Assembly (NCBI GenBank): GCA_046351455.1
Contig: JAXLYM010000003.1
Coordinates: forward strand, 216,364-280,363
Direction of reading: 5' to 3'
From: Polyangiaceae bacterium
GTDB taxonomy: Bacteria > Myxococcota_A > Polyangia > Polyangiales > Polyangiaceae
DNA length: 64,000 bases
The position numbers and the translations under genes are program-made. The notes beneath the pieces are model-generated. The model searched no databases and was not told where the DNA came from. It was given only the letters and a program-made list of their open reading frames with translations. Positions 9,800 to 19,700 of this stretch are shown here, piece after piece. Each line of letters opens with the position of its first letter. The stretch's first letter is position 1.

Positions 9800-11395
9800 A
9801 TGCTGTCGCAGGGCACCGGCCGCAGGCTGTTCTACTTCGCGCTGGTGCCCGCGATCGTGCTCGCGGTGCTCGTGCTCGGCGGCATCGCGCTGCGGACCAC
9901 GCTGCAGATCGAGAAGGCGCGCCAGCAGACGGTCATCTCCGCCACGCTCGCGGTCGCGACGGAGCGCGTCGATCGCCTCGACAAGCTCGTGATCGAGCAG
10001 GACAACGTCGTCGCGGCGCACACGGATCTCGACAGCCTCCGCGCGATCGGGGACCGCTGGCTCCCGACGGCCGCGCGCGAGACGCCCACGGTGCGCGCGA
10101 TCCTGGTGCTCGACATGGATCACGCCGAGCACGAGGTCGCGGCGTTCGCCTCGCGCTCGCCCGGGCGCGACGACGATCTGTTCCGGCGCATCCTCGTGAC
10201 GCGGCTCTTCCCGCAGATGAACCTCGCGGGCAACACCGAGGAGCTGCGCCACCTGCACCACGTGCTCGACGGGCAGAGCTACCTCGTGAGCTACTGGCAG
10301 CGCTCGTACCTCGGGCGTCGCTACATGATCGTCGCGTGGCACGACGTGCGGCGCGTGGTGCACGACATCCTGCCGCGCCTCTACCGCGACATCGATCCGG
10401 GCAGCCGCATGAACGTGGTCGATGAGGACGGCCGCATCGTGTACGGCCCGCCGATCAAGGGCGGCGAGTTCACGGTCGGCCGGCCCTTCCCGACGACGCT
10501 CTACAACTGGCGCCTCCAGGTCGCGCTGACGACCGCCGAAGAGCTGGACACGAAGGTCGAGAAGCAGCGCTTCATCGAGGTGGCGATGGTCACGCTCGCG
10601 GGCGCCGTCGCGCTCGCGGGCCTCGCGATCGTCGTGCTCGGCGCGTCGAAGGAGCGACGATTGGCCGCGTTGAAGAGCGATTTCGTCGCGAACGTGTCGC
10701 ACGAGCTGAAGACCCCGCTCGCGCTGATCCGCATGTTCGGCGAGATGCTCTTTTTGGAGAAGGTCGCGACGCCCGAGAAGCGGCGGCAGTACCTCCAGAT
10801 CATCATGAGCGAGAGCGAGCGCCTCACCGCCCTGATCGAGAACGTGCTCGATTTCGCGAAGGTCGAGCGCGGAAAGGCCGCCTATTCGTTCGCGCCCGGA
10901 GACGTGGGAGAGGCCGTGTCGCGCGCCGTGGAGATCTTCTCGCACCGCGCCGAGCGTGAGGGCATGACGATCTCGCTTCGGGTCGCGCCGGATCTGCCGT
11001 CCGCGATGATCGACGCGCGCGCTCTGGAGCTCGCGAGCATCAACCTCATCGACAACGCCTTCAAGTACGCGAAGGACGGCGCGCGGGTCGACGTGGAGGT
11101 GACGAAGGCGGCCTCGCGCGTGCGGATCCGGGTGCGCGACCACGGCCCGGGCGTCGACGGGGACGACCGCGACCGCATCTTCGAGCGCTTCGTGCGCGGC
11201 AAGAACGCGAGCGGCACGCAGGTGCGCGGCAGCGGCATCGGCCTCGCGCTGGTGAAGCACATCGCCGAGAGCCACGGAGGCACCGTGACCGTGGAGAGCC
11301 CCGTCGAGGGCGGGAAAGGCTGCGCGTTCGTGATCGAGTTTCCGGCGCTCCCCACGTCGAGAGCGCCGGAGTTGCAGCCCGCGCCGGCGGAATAA
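9800..11395 (+). CDS. sensor histidine kinase (HisKA + HATPase_c) with an N-terminal TM anchor
   Basis: It has the H-box SHELKTPLALI. The N/G1/G2 boxes are NLIDNAFKYA, DHGPGV and GSGIGLALVK. There are TM helices at the N-terminus and near residue 250. Confidence 0.9.
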   Translation: MLSQGTGRRLFYFALVPAIVLAVLVLGGIALRTTLQIEKARQQTVISATLAVATERVDRLDKLVIEQDNVVAAHTDLDSLRAIGDRWLPTAARETPTVRAILVLDMDHAEHEVAAFASRSPGRDDDLFRRILVTRLFPQMNLAGNTEELRHLHHVLDGQSYLVSYWQRSYLGRRYMIVAWHDVRRVVHDILPRLYRDIDPGSRMNVVDEDGRIVYGPPIKGGEFTVGRPFPTTLYNWRLQVALTTAEELDTKVEKQRFIEVAMVTLAGAVALAGLAIVVLGASKERRLAALKSDFVANVSHELKTPLALIRMFGEMLFLEKVATPEKRRQYLQIIMSESERLTALIENVLDFAKVERGKAAYSFAPGDVGEAVSRAVEIFSHRAEREGMTISLRVAPDLPSAMIDARALELASINLIDNAFKYAKDGARVDVEVTKAASRVRIRVRDHGPGVDGDDRDRIFERFVRGKNASGTQVRGSGIGLALVKHIAESHGGTVTVESPVEGGKGCAFVIEFPALPTSRAPELQPAPAE

Positions 11396-11438
11396 GGCCT
11401 CTCCAAAACTCGATGTGCGCTCGTCGCTCTTCTGTCGG

Positions 11439-11477
11439 ATTTACAAGGGGGCGCTGCCCCCTCGTATCACTCCACCG
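11439..11477 (+). repeat. copy 2 of the GC-hairpin repeat family, 44 nt after the histidine kinase stop
   Basis: The sequence is atttacaagggggcgctgccccctcgtatcactccaccg. Confidence 0.8.
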
Positions 11478-11521
11478 CTGGTGGAACGGGATTCGATAAA
11501 TGCGGGGGTGAACAGCTCAAT

Positions 11522-12703
11522 TCAGGGCGATTTGTGCTGAAAGTCGGCGCGGTCGGAGACGCTCTGCGTGCCTTCGACGATCGCCTTCACCTCCGGGGTC
11601 ATGTCGCCGAGGACGTGGTATCTCGCGTAGGCGACGATCCAGGGGTTCACGATCGCGAAGCCTTCTTCGTCCGGCAAACCAGCGCACGTCACGTCTCCGA
11701 GCTGGGTGTTACCGAGGCCGAAGAGCTGGTGACAACCGCCGTCGACGTTCACCCACGTGAGGTCCACGCCGTCCATGTTGAGGAACAAGTTGTTCGCGCC
11801 GACCGGGTCGAGGGAGCCTGTCATCAGCAAGATGGGGAGTTTGGCTGATTTCTCGAGGTAACTGCCGAAGAAATCGTTGTGACCGCCCGCGAGCGGGGCC
11901 GCCATCTTCGCGCGCTTCTCCGTGAGATCCGTCGAGAAGACCGCGATCTCCTCCGGGGAGCACGGGGCCACCTCGCCTTTGTCACATTTGCTCTGGATGT
12001 TGACCAGATCGAAGGTGCCGCCCGCGATCGCCCACGCCGTGTACGTGCCGAAGCTGTGCCCCGTCATCCCGACGTGGTCCATGTCGAGCCTGCCAGTGAG
12101 CGGATCCCCGTCCGGCGGCGTCGCGGCCAGATCCAGCGCCGCGCGCACGTCGAGCGGGCGCTCGTAATACACCGCGAGCGGCAGCGGATCCGGCGTGTCA
12201 CCGATGGTGTTGCCCACGTGCTCCGGCGCGACTGCCACCCACCCGTGCGACGCGAAATGGCACATCAGACGAGCGCTGTTCCCCGCGAAGCCCTTGTATC
12301 CGTGCGAGTGCACGATCACCGGAAACCCTGCTTTCCACGGCGAATCCGCGAGCGGCACGTCCTCCCACGCGTGGTCGTCCTCGAAGAGGGCGCGGTACTT
12401 GGGGTGCTCGCCCTCCGCGACGCGGGACGGATACCACACGTGCACCGGGATCGTCCGATCGCCCTTGCCGGCCGGGAGCGCGTACGTCGTCTCCAGCACG
12501 CGGTGCCCGCAAGAATACGGCCCCTCCTCCAGCACGCTGTACGACAGCGGATCACCGATCGGCGTCGTGGTCGTGGTGGTGTCCGTCGTCGTGGTCGTGG
12601 TGCCGGAGCCGCTCGTCTCTCCGCCTCCGCAGCCCGCCGCGCCGGACGCGAACGCGGCAAAAAGGAACAACCCGAGAGCCGTCGCCTCACCCACTTTAGC
12701 CAT
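11522..12703 (-). CDS. alpha/beta-hydrolase lipoprotein (esterase/lipase, PAF-acetylhydrolase-like)
   Basis: It starts MAKVGEATALGLFLFAAFASGAAGCGG (a lipobox). A Thr-rich linker follows, then the nucleophile elbow GHSFG. The listed ORF extends to 12892, but that N-terminus is Arg-rich junk. Confidence 0.75.
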   Translation of the reverse strand: MAKVGEATALGLFLFAAFASGAAGCGGGETSGSGTTTTTTDTTTTTTPIGDPLSYSVLEEGPYSCGHRVLETTYALPAGKGDRTIPVHVWYPSRVAEGEHPKYRALFEDDHAWEDVPLADSPWKAGFPVIVHSHGYKGFAGNSARLMCHFASHGWVAVAPEHVGNTIGDTPDPLPLAVYYERPLDVRAALDLAATPPDGDPLTGRLDMDHVGMTGHSFGTYTAWAIAGGTFDLVNIQSKCDKGEVAPCSPEEIAVFSTDLTEKRAKMAAPLAGGHNDFFGSYLEKSAKLPILLMTGSLDPVGANNLFLNMDGVDLTWVNVDGGCHQLFGLGNTQLGDVTCAGLPDEEGFAIVNPWIVAYARYHVLGDMTPEVKAIVEGTQSVSDRADFQHKSP

Positions 12704-12771
12704 ACTGGCAAATACCCCTCTCGACGAACGCGCGTCAACGGTGGATCTGCCGTTGTGTCCGCGCGGCCGAA

Positions 12772-14424
12772 ATGCTCCCATCCTGGACCCTTCGCTCCAT
12801 GAAGAAGCCCCGCCTCCACCCCGGATGGGTCGCCTTGCCAGTGGCGCTCGCGCTCGCGGCCTGCGCTGATGAAGAGACGACCGCAAAGCCACCTCCCGCG
12901 GTCCCGGCCGTCGCCCCGGCCGCGCGGACTCCGCGCCTGACGGTCGCGCAGTATCGGAACGCGGTGCACGCGCTCTTCGGAGACGACATCGGCGTGCCGG
13001 CCGCGCTGGAGCCGGACACCAGCCTGGAAGGGTTCGTGTCGATCGGCTCGGCGGACAGCGCGGTCTCGCCGCGCGGCGTCGAACAGTACGAGGACGCCGC
13101 GTTCCACATCGCCGAACAGGCCCTCTCGACGGACGCCCGCAAGAAGGCGCTGGTGCCGTGTACGCCCCAAGGCCCGGCGGACGAAGCGTGCGCGAACGCC
13201 TTCATCCGCTCCCTCGCGCCGCGCGCGTGGCGGAGGCCCCTGTCGGACGAAGAGGTGACCACGCTCGTCGGCATCGTCACCAAAGCCGGCTCCACCCTGG
13301 GCGATTTCTATCAAGGGGCCCAGTTCGGGATCGCCGCGTTGATCGAGGCGCCGAGCTTCCTCTACCGCCCCGTCTTCGGCGAGGACGACCCGGATCACCC
13401 CGGATCGAAGCGCCTCACCGCCTACGAGCTGGCCAGTCGACTCTCCTTCTTCCTCTGGAACACCACCCCGGACTCCCAGCTTCTGGACGCCGCCGCGAAA
13501 GGCACCCTCCTCACGGACGAGGGCGTCACCGCCCAGGTGCAGCGCATGCTGGAAGATCCGCGCGCGCACGACGGACTCCGCAACTTCGTGACAGAGTATC
13601 TCCGGCTGGACGAGCTGGACGAGCTGTCGAAGGACCCGACGATCTTCACGTACTACAGCCCCGATGTCGGGCCCGCGGCGCGGGAGGAGACGCTCCTCGA
13701 TTTCGAGCGCGCCTTCGATCGAGGCGTGGATTACCGCGATCTCTACACGACGCGCACCACCTTCGTGAACCCGAAGCTCGCGTCGATGTATCAAGTCCTG
13801 GCGCCCAAGTCGGACGGCTTCGCCGAGGTGGAATTGCCCGGCGACATCCCGCGGCGCGGCCTGCTCGGGAACATCAGCATCCTCTCTCTGTACGCGCACC
13901 CCACGTCGTCTTCGGCCACGCTGCGCGGCAAATTGGTGCGAACGGTGCTGCTCTGCGGGGACGTGCCGCCGCCGCCGGTGAACGTGAACACGGCCCTTCC
14001 GGAGCCGAACCCGAACGCCGCGACGCTGCGCGACCGCGTGGCGGTCCACCTCGAAGATCCCTTTTGCGCGAACTGCCACCAGCACATGGACCCCATCGGC
14101 CTCGGGATGGAGAACTTCGACGGCATCGGCCGATACCGCGTGAAGGACAACGGGGCCATCATCGACGCGAGCGGCGATCTCGACGGCGTTCATTTCGAAG
14201 GGCCGAAGGACCTCGCGGCGGCCGTCGCGAAGCACCCGGATCTGCCAGGTTGCCTCACGCGGCGCGTCTATCAATATGCCACCTCCTCCAAAGGCGCCTT
14301 CCCGGAAGAGAAGGTGATCACGGCGCTCACGGCGCATTTCGCGGCCTCGGGCCACAAGGTGAAATCGCTGCTCGCGGCCGTCGCGACGAGCCCCGGCTTC
14401 CGGATGGTGGGAGAGGCGCAATGA
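12772..14424 (+). CDS. DUF1587/DUF1592/DUF1595/DUF1588/DUF1585-family protein (Planctomycete-type PSD/PSCyt-like) with a CxxCH haem-binding motif; lipoprotein signal
   Basis: LTVAQYRNAVHALFGDD is the DUF1587 signature. DPFCANCHQHMDPIGLGMENFDGIGRYR is the DUF1588 CxxCH block. The signal peptide ends in ALALAAC. Confidence 0.8.
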   Translation: MLPSWTLRSMKKPRLHPGWVALPVALALAACADEETTAKPPPAVPAVAPAARTPRLTVAQYRNAVHALFGDDIGVPAALEPDTSLEGFVSIGSADSAVSPRGVEQYEDAAFHIAEQALSTDARKKALVPCTPQGPADEACANAFIRSLAPRAWRRPLSDEEVTTLVGIVTKAGSTLGDFYQGAQFGIAALIEAPSFLYRPVFGEDDPDHPGSKRLTAYELASRLSFFLWNTTPDSQLLDAAAKGTLLTDEGVTAQVQRMLEDPRAHDGLRNFVTEYLRLDELDELSKDPTIFTYYSPDVGPAAREETLLDFERAFDRGVDYRDLYTTRTTFVNPKLASMYQVLAPKSDGFAEVELPGDIPRRGLLGNISILSLYAHPTSSSATLRGKLVRTVLLCGDVPPPPVNVNTALPEPNPNAATLRDRVAVHLEDPFCANCHQHMDPIGLGMENFDGIGRYRVKDNGAIIDASGDLDGVHFEGPKDLAAAVAKHPDLPGCLTRRVYQYATSSKGAFPEEKVITALTAHFAASGHKVKSLLAAVATSPGFRMVGEAQ

Positions 14425-15743
14425 TCAAGAAACTGAACCGCCGCGCCGTCTTGCGCGGCCTCTTCGGCGGCGCGCTGGTGTCGATCGGCCTGCCCACGCT
14501 GGAGGCCTTCCTGACGGACAACGGCTCCGCCTACGCGGGCGGGGACGCGTTCCCGACGCGATTCGGCATCTTCTTCTGGGGCAACGGCAACCTGCCCGAG
14601 AAATGGGTCCCCGCGGGCACCGGCCCCGAGTGGGAATTGACCGAACAACTGGCCCCTTTGGCTTCGGTCAAACAGCATATCACCGTCGTCAGCGGGATGA
14701 AGGTGATGACGGGAAACGAAGTGCCGCACGGCTCCGGCCCGGTCGGCATGCTCTCCGGCGCTCCGTTCCCCACGGGCGACACATCCACGTTCGCATTGCC
14801 CAGCATCGACCAGGTGATCGCGAACGCCATCGGGCAGGAGACGCGCTTCAAATCCCTCGAATGCGGCGTGCAACCCGGCGGGGAGAGCCGCTCGTACAAC
14901 GGGCCTCACTCCAACAACCCGCCGGAGACGTCGCCCGCGGCCTTCTTCAACCGCGTGTTCGGCGCAGGCTTCGTGTTGCCCGGCACCAACACCACGCCGG
15001 ACCCGAAGCTCGCGTTGCGCCAGAGCATCCTCGACTCGGTCAAATCCGACGCGAAGCGCCTTCAAGACAGGCTCGGCGCCGCGGACAAGGCCCGTCTCGA
15101 TCAGCACCTCGAAGGCGTGCGCGCGCTGGAGAAGCAGATCCAGAAGCTCCAGGAAAACCCGCCGAGCCTCGCGGCGTGCGCGGTGCCGAAGACGCCGGAC
15201 GAGGACTATCCGGACATCGACGGACGGCCGCAGATGTCGGTCCGTTCGCGCGTGATGGCCGACATCCTCACGATGGCCATCGCCTGCGATCAGACGCGCG
15301 TGTTCTCGGACTGGTTCTCCACCCCGGTGAACAACCTGCTTTATCCTGCGACGACGGCGGGGCACCACCAGCTCACGCACGACGAGCCGGATCCGCAGCC
15401 TCAAGTGAACAGCATCGTGATTTACCAGATCACCGAGCTGGCCTATCTCATCAACGCGCTCGCGAGCGTGCAGGAGGGCGACGCGACGCTGCTCGACCGG
15501 ATGGCGCTCCTCTGCACGACGGACGTCGGGTACGCGCGGGCGCACTCCATCGAGGAGTATCCGATCCTCATCGCCGGGTCCGCGGGCGGCAAGCTCAAGG
15601 AGGGTGTGCACTACCGCTCTCCGGCCAGCGAGAACACGAGCAAGGTGCTCCTCACGCTGGCGCGCGCGATGGGCCTCGCGATGGACTCGTACGGAGACGG
15701 ACCCGGCATGGTGACGAGCAGCCTCTCCGCGATCGAGGTGTGA
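14421..15743 (+). CDS. DUF1552-family protein, the cognate partner of DUF1592 proteins; Tat-like signal
   Basis: It starts MIKKLNRRAVLRGLFGGALVSIGLPTLEAF (an RR motif). Its ATG overlaps the upstream stop as ATGA. The listed ORF 13158..15743 is the same frame with an artefactual N-terminus. Confidence 0.75.
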   Translation: MIKKLNRRAVLRGLFGGALVSIGLPTLEAFLTDNGSAYAGGDAFPTRFGIFFWGNGNLPEKWVPAGTGPEWELTEQLAPLASVKQHITVVSGMKVMTGNEVPHGSGPVGMLSGAPFPTGDTSTFALPSIDQVIANAIGQETRFKSLECGVQPGGESRSYNGPHSNNPPETSPAAFFNRVFGAGFVLPGTNTTPDPKLALRQSILDSVKSDAKRLQDRLGAADKARLDQHLEGVRALEKQIQKLQENPPSLAACAVPKTPDEDYPDIDGRPQMSVRSRVMADILTMAIACDQTRVFSDWFSTPVNNLLYPATTAGHHQLTHDEPDPQPQVNSIVIYQITELAYLINALASVQEGDATLLDRMALLCTTDVGYARAHSIEEYPILIAGSAGGKLKEGVHYRSPASENTSKVLLTLARAMGLAMDSYGDGPGMVTSSLSAIEV

Positions 15744-15744
15744 C

Positions 15745-16632
15745 ATGGCGCTTCGAGAGAGCCTGTTTGCCGCCGCCTGCGGATTCTCCCTCTTCGCGCT
15801 CGGGTGCACGGACATGGACAGCGCCCCTCCCGGCCCGGACGAGGGGCCGAATTGCGGGCACACCCAGCGTCACGCGTACGTGATCTCGACGCTGGGGTTC
15901 ACGCGCGTCGACAAGGACACCGGGACCGTGCCCGGCTTCGATCTGGATCACAAGGTCAGCGGGGACGACGACGAGGCGTCCTGCTTCAAGAAGGACTTCG
16001 TCTCCGCGGACGGGACGAAGGGCGTCGACAACCAGCTCGCGGGCCTCATCCCCGACGTGGAGAAGCTCCTCGGCAACGCGGTGGACGGGCTCATCCAGGG
16101 CGCCATCAACAACGGCGATCTCCTGATCCTGTTCGACGTCGACGGCGCGAAGAGCGTTCAGAATGCGGGCTGTGCGGACGTCACCGTGAAGCTCGGCACG
16201 GGCAAGCCGATCCTCGGGACGGACGGAGTGATGGAGGCCTATCAGACCTTCGACGTGGACCCGTCCGGCGAGGTGAGCCACGGCACGCTCGGCAAGATCG
16301 AGGACGGCGTGCTCACGATTGGCCCCTTCGAGCTGGCCATTCCGATCGCGATCTTCGACGTGGCCTTCACCATCCACGTGCACGACGCGCTGATCCGCGC
16401 GCAGGTGAGCGCGGAGGACGGCGTCCTGAAAGAGGGCCTCGTCGGCGGCGGCGTGGTGCCGAAAGAGATCCTGGACGGCGTCGCCCCCGGCGCGGGCGTC
16501 GACAAATACATCCCGACCCTCACTCTGGTGTTGAACGGCTCCACCGATCTCGCGCAGGACAGCGAGGGCACGTGCACGCAGCTCTCCGCGGCCCTCAAAG
16601 TGACGCTCGTGGAGGCCTTCATCCGCGAGTGA
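15745..16632 (+). CDS. lipoprotein, hypothetical (third gene of the DUF1592/DUF1552 operon)
   Basis: Its start lies 1 nt after the upstream stop. The signal is LFAAACGFSLFALGCTD (a lipobox). Confidence 0.55.
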   Translation: MALRESLFAAACGFSLFALGCTDMDSAPPGPDEGPNCGHTQRHAYVISTLGFTRVDKDTGTVPGFDLDHKVSGDDDEASCFKKDFVSADGTKGVDNQLAGLIPDVEKLLGNAVDGLIQGAINNGDLLILFDVDGAKSVQNAGCADVTVKLGTGKPILGTDGVMEAYQTFDVDPSGEVSHGTLGKIEDGVLTIGPFELAIPIAIFDVAFTIHVHDALIRAQVSAEDGVLKEGLVGGGVVPKEILDGVAPGAGVDKYIPTLTLVLNGSTDLAQDSEGTCTQLSAALKVTLVEAFIRE

Positions 16633-16708
16633 GCGCTGCCCGCGGATTTTTCCGACAGGATCATTGCGCACCTCTTGAATCCGGACCGCCGCGGGGCGAA
16701 ATGGGCCC

Positions 16709-19700
16709 ATGGCAGCTCCGGTCGCTCGGCGCTTCGCGCGCTGGCTCGCATTCGTCTTCACCTTCGCCGCATGCTGGCTCTCCGGCCGCGCGGCGCTCGC
16801 CACCACGATCCCCGGTGGCAACATCATCAACCAGACATGGACTCCGGCAGGCAATCCGTACCTGATTCAGGGTGACGTCACCGTCCCCTCGGGCGCCTTC
16901 CTGACGATCCAGGCCGGCACGATCGTCCAGTTCGCGAACAGCGATGGTCAGCTCGCGGGCCTCGACACGACGCGCGTCGAGATGACGATCAAAGGCACGC
17001 TCAACGTCAACGGCGTTCAGGGCAACCCGGTGGCCTTCTCCGGGCAGGCCGGCGCCGGCACGTCGGCGTGGTACGGTGTCGTGATCGACGCGGCCGCCAC
17101 GACGGCGGGCTTCACCTACGCCACGTTCCAGCACGCGCAGCGCATCGTGCGCAATTCGGCGCCGGGCACGGTGCTCTCGATGAGCAACGTCACCGTGACC
17201 AACTCGGCCAACGGCGTCGAGCTGCTCGCCGGCACTCCCACGCTCACGAGCCTGGACATCACCGGCGGGAGCTACGGCCTCAGCAGCTCCGGCAACGCGG
17301 CCCCGAACATCCAGTCGTCCACCTTCAAGAGCCAGACGTCCCAGGGGCTCGCGCTCTCTCCGACGACGGGCTCCCCGGCGATCACGGTGCAGAACACGAT
17401 CGTCACGGGCGCCGCGTTCTACGGCATCACGTTCGTGACCGATCTCAGCTCGAATTCCACGCTCGCGGTCACCAACACCACGGTCCACGGAAACGGGAGC
17501 TACGGTATCTACGTCGCCGCCTACAGCAGCAGCACCGCGACGCTGAACCTCAAGAACAGCATCGTCACGCAGCACCAGTACGGCGTCTTCAACTACAACG
17601 CGGCCGGCACCGAGATCATCAACGTCACGTACTCGGACGTCTGGAACAGCACCTCTGCCAACTACACGAACTGCTCCGGCGGGACTGGCGCCTTCTCGTC
17701 CAACCCTCTTTACGTGAGCGCCCCGACGAACATGCGGCTCACGTCCAACTCCCCTGCTCGGTTCGCGGGCGACACCCTCGCAGACATCGGTCCTCTGCCG
17801 TACGTGAACGACGCGACGCCCGGGTTCCACGGCACTTTGTGGACGAACACCACGTTCGGCGTCGCGGGGTCGCCGTACACCATCCAGGGGGACACGACGA
17901 TCCCGCCGGGCGTCATCGTCACGATCGATCCCGGCGTCACCATCCGCTGGACGGCCGGCACCGACATCATGGGATCCGGCCAGGATACGGGCCGTGGGGA
18001 GCTGCGGGTCCAGGGCACGCTGCAGGCGATCGGCACCGCGGCGCAGCCCATCACGCTCACGTCGACCGGGGCCGCCGCCGCGCAGCAGTGGACCGGCGTG
18101 ATCGGGCTCGCGGGCGCGACGGCGATGGCGCTCGGCTACGTGAACATCTCCAACGCCGACTCCGCGGTTCAGTCCTTCTTGACCGGAAACGCCTTCAGCG
18201 CGAGCCGGATCACCGTCACCACGTCCACGCGCGGGTTCGAGGTGCGCGCCGGAACACCCACGCTGACCGGCGTCGACGTGACCGGCGGCACGACGGGGCT
18301 CACGACGACGGGCAGCGCCGCCCCCACGATCCAGGCCTCCATCTTCAAGAGCCAGACGTCCCAGGGCCTCTCGATCGCCCCCACGGCCGGCAGCGGCACG
18401 ACGACGATCGTGAACACCATCGTGCGCGGCGCCGCGTTCTACGGCATCACGATGGTGACGGACCTCAGCGCGGTCGCGACGCTCAACCTCACGAACTCCA
18501 CGATCCACGGCAACGGGTCCTATGGAGTCTACATCGCGGCGTACTCCAGCAGCACCGCGAACGTGGCGATCAAGAACACGCTCGTGACGCAGCATCAATA
18601 CGGCGTCTTCAACTACAACGCGGCCGGGACCGAGATCGTGACCACCACGTACTCGGACGTCTGGAACAACACCTCTGCCAACTACACCAACTGCTCGGCC
18701 GGCACGGGCAGCATCTCGCAGAACCCGCTCTACGTGAGCCCGCCCACGGATCTGAAGCTCCAGAGCTTCAGCGTCTGCATCGACGCGGGCACGGCCACGG
18801 GCGCTCCGGCCACCGACTTCGACGGAGCGACTCGGCCCATGGACGGCGACGGCATCAACGGCGCGGCCTTCGACATGGGCGCGTACGAGCTCGCGGCGGC
18901 GGCCTCCTGCGGCGACGGCATCGTGAACAACGGCGAGGTGTGTGACAGCGGCGCTCAGAATGGCATGTACGGCGCGTGCAAGGCGGACTGCTCCGGCCTC
19001 GGCCCGCGCTGCGGCGACTCCATCGTGAACGGCCCCGAGCAGTGCGACGACGGCAACGTCAGCAACACCGACGCTTGCCTCAACACCTGCCAGAACGCAG
19101 CCTGCGGGGACGGCTTCGTCCGCGCCGGCATGGAGATGTGCGACGACGGCAACATGAGCAACACCGATGCTTGCCTCAACACCTGCGTCCCGGCCTCGTG
19201 CGGGGACAGCTTCGTGCAGGCGGGCGTCGAGCAGTGCGACGACGGCAACCAGGTCAACACCGACGCTTGCCTGACGACGTGCATGAACGCGACGTGCGGT
19301 GACGGCTTCCTCCGCGCGGGCGTCGAGCAGTGCGACGACGGCAATCAGATCAACACCGACGCTTGCCTCAGCACCTGCCAGAACGCGACCTGCGGGGACG
19401 GCGTGGTCCGCGCGGGCGTCGACCAGTGCGACGACGGCAACGCCAGCAACACGGATAACTGCCTGAATACATGCAACAACCCCACTTGCGGCGACGGCTT
19501 CGTCCACACGGGCGTCGAGCAGTGCGACGACGGCAACCAGGTCAACACCGACGCTTGCCTCAACACCTGCCAGAACGCGATCTGCGGGGACGGCGTGGTC
19601 CGCGCGGGCGTCGAGCAGTGCGACGACGGCAACCCGGTCAACACCGATGCTTGCCTCAACACCTGCCAGAACGCCACGTGCGGTGACGGCATCGTGCAGG

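Noticed and set aside
6835-9816. 993-aa minus-strand ORF, and the 732-aa plus-frame ORF 7794..9992
   Set aside because: Both overlap the well-supported SGNH and GAF genes, which carry real motifs. Their translations are Arg/Gly/His low-complexity.
12316-14421. 701-aa minus-strand ORF, and the plus-strand ORF 13158..15743
   Set aside because: The first is antisense to the DUF1592-family gene, or an off-frame extension. The second is in-frame with DUF1552 only in its last 440 codons, and its N-terminal 420 codons overlap the DUF1592 gene in another frame.
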